From the NCBI RefSeq assembly GCF_040938485.1, contig NW_027272008.1:868001-932000 (forward strand): a stretch of 64,000 nt of DNA, given 5' to 3'. The notes beneath the pieces are model-generated. The model was not told the origin of the DNA. It saw nothing but the letters and a program-made list of their open reading frames with translations, and ran no database searches. This stretch comes from Diadema antillarum (Eukaryota). Each line of letters begins with the position of its first letter. Within the stretch, counting starts at the first letter, position 1. The position numbers and the translations under genes are program-made. Shown one piece after another: positions 63,189 through 64,000 of the stretch.

Positions 63189-64000
63189 TTAACTTTTCCT
63201 TACTTGCACAGAGTATAATACAACTCAATGCTTATTAAACATTGACAATAATGCGAAGAGGAAGCAATGTCATCATGCTCAAAATATTCTGTTTCCACAA
63301 CCTTCTCGGTACACTATTTTGTCGAAGCTGTCGAAGTGATTATCACAGATGGCGCTCTTCGGGTAAGTGGTTCCGAGCACTTGTCAAATTTCCTGTCAGA
63401 TGGCTGAATGATGCGGCGACAGGCTAGCTAGCTGCAGCAGCACTGCGAAACGTGAGTTCAGGATTCAACCCACCTGCGCACAGTCCATAGCTTGGGTGGC
63501 AGAAGGAATGTAACAACTCACTAGTACGTTGATCCATGCGTGCCAGCTGTGTGCGTGTGCAGTACGTACGAGCCAGTGTCAACAAACACCAAGCAGAAAG
63601 GGGTGAGCGGTACGAACTCGGGTACGTTTTAGCAGGTGCAGTGTGGCAGACTACAGGATAGAGGAGGAAGTTGAAGGGTAAAGGGCTTCGTGGAGATACC
63701 GTTGCGTTGGCCGGATCATCGTCACACCGGAGCCTATGCTGGTAGTTCTCGTACTGCTACGACTACGATAACCTCGAAAACTGGTTTAGAATCACAAATA
63801 ACACCATGTGATTATAGTTATTCCACAGTCTACAGCAGGCTATAGGTAAGTAACGAGTAGTCGACGTAATCATATTCATGGTAATGTCTATCAAATTCTA
63901 TCGACCAAGACGACATGACACTGGATTGACAGTGACAAAGACAAAAGTGAAGAATAAATACCGTACCCAGCACTGTAACAGCAGTAGACGTCTAACGTTA

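Noticed and set aside
52490-64000. MCEE as head-to-head neighbour, as in human
   Set aside because: No MCEE-like peptide (e.g. LNHVAIAV) seen in the window.

Overview
AT-rich animal genomic DNA with spliceosomal introns. The repeat families and a CpG-poor gene-body versus CpG-rich intergenic contrast suggest an invertebrate, plausibly echinoderm-like (inference only). Two convergent multi-exon genes fill about 52 kb. (1) TTC37/SKIC3 (SKI complex TPR subunit) on +, 5'-incomplete, 37 coding exons from 1136 to the stop at 37831; the exons join in one open frame of about 1277 aa. (2) MPHOSPH10/MPP10 (U3 snoRNP) on -, 9 coding exons from ATG 52489 to stop 40286, 718 aa. Introns and the distal 11 kb are dense in small transposons: TA-, TTAA- and 3-bp-TSD MITEs, Helentron-type HINEs with internal satellite arrays, a decayed CR1/L2 LINE, a deleted Tc1/mariner, tRNA-derived elements and minisatellites. 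There is a 162-N gap at 52688-52849. The most unusual object is a 514-bp TSD-flanked insertion (9631-10144) combining a near-intact tRNA-like cloverleaf with Penelope-like inverted-plus-tandem geometry. All calls were made by eye; homology statements rest on recalled protein motifs, not database searches.
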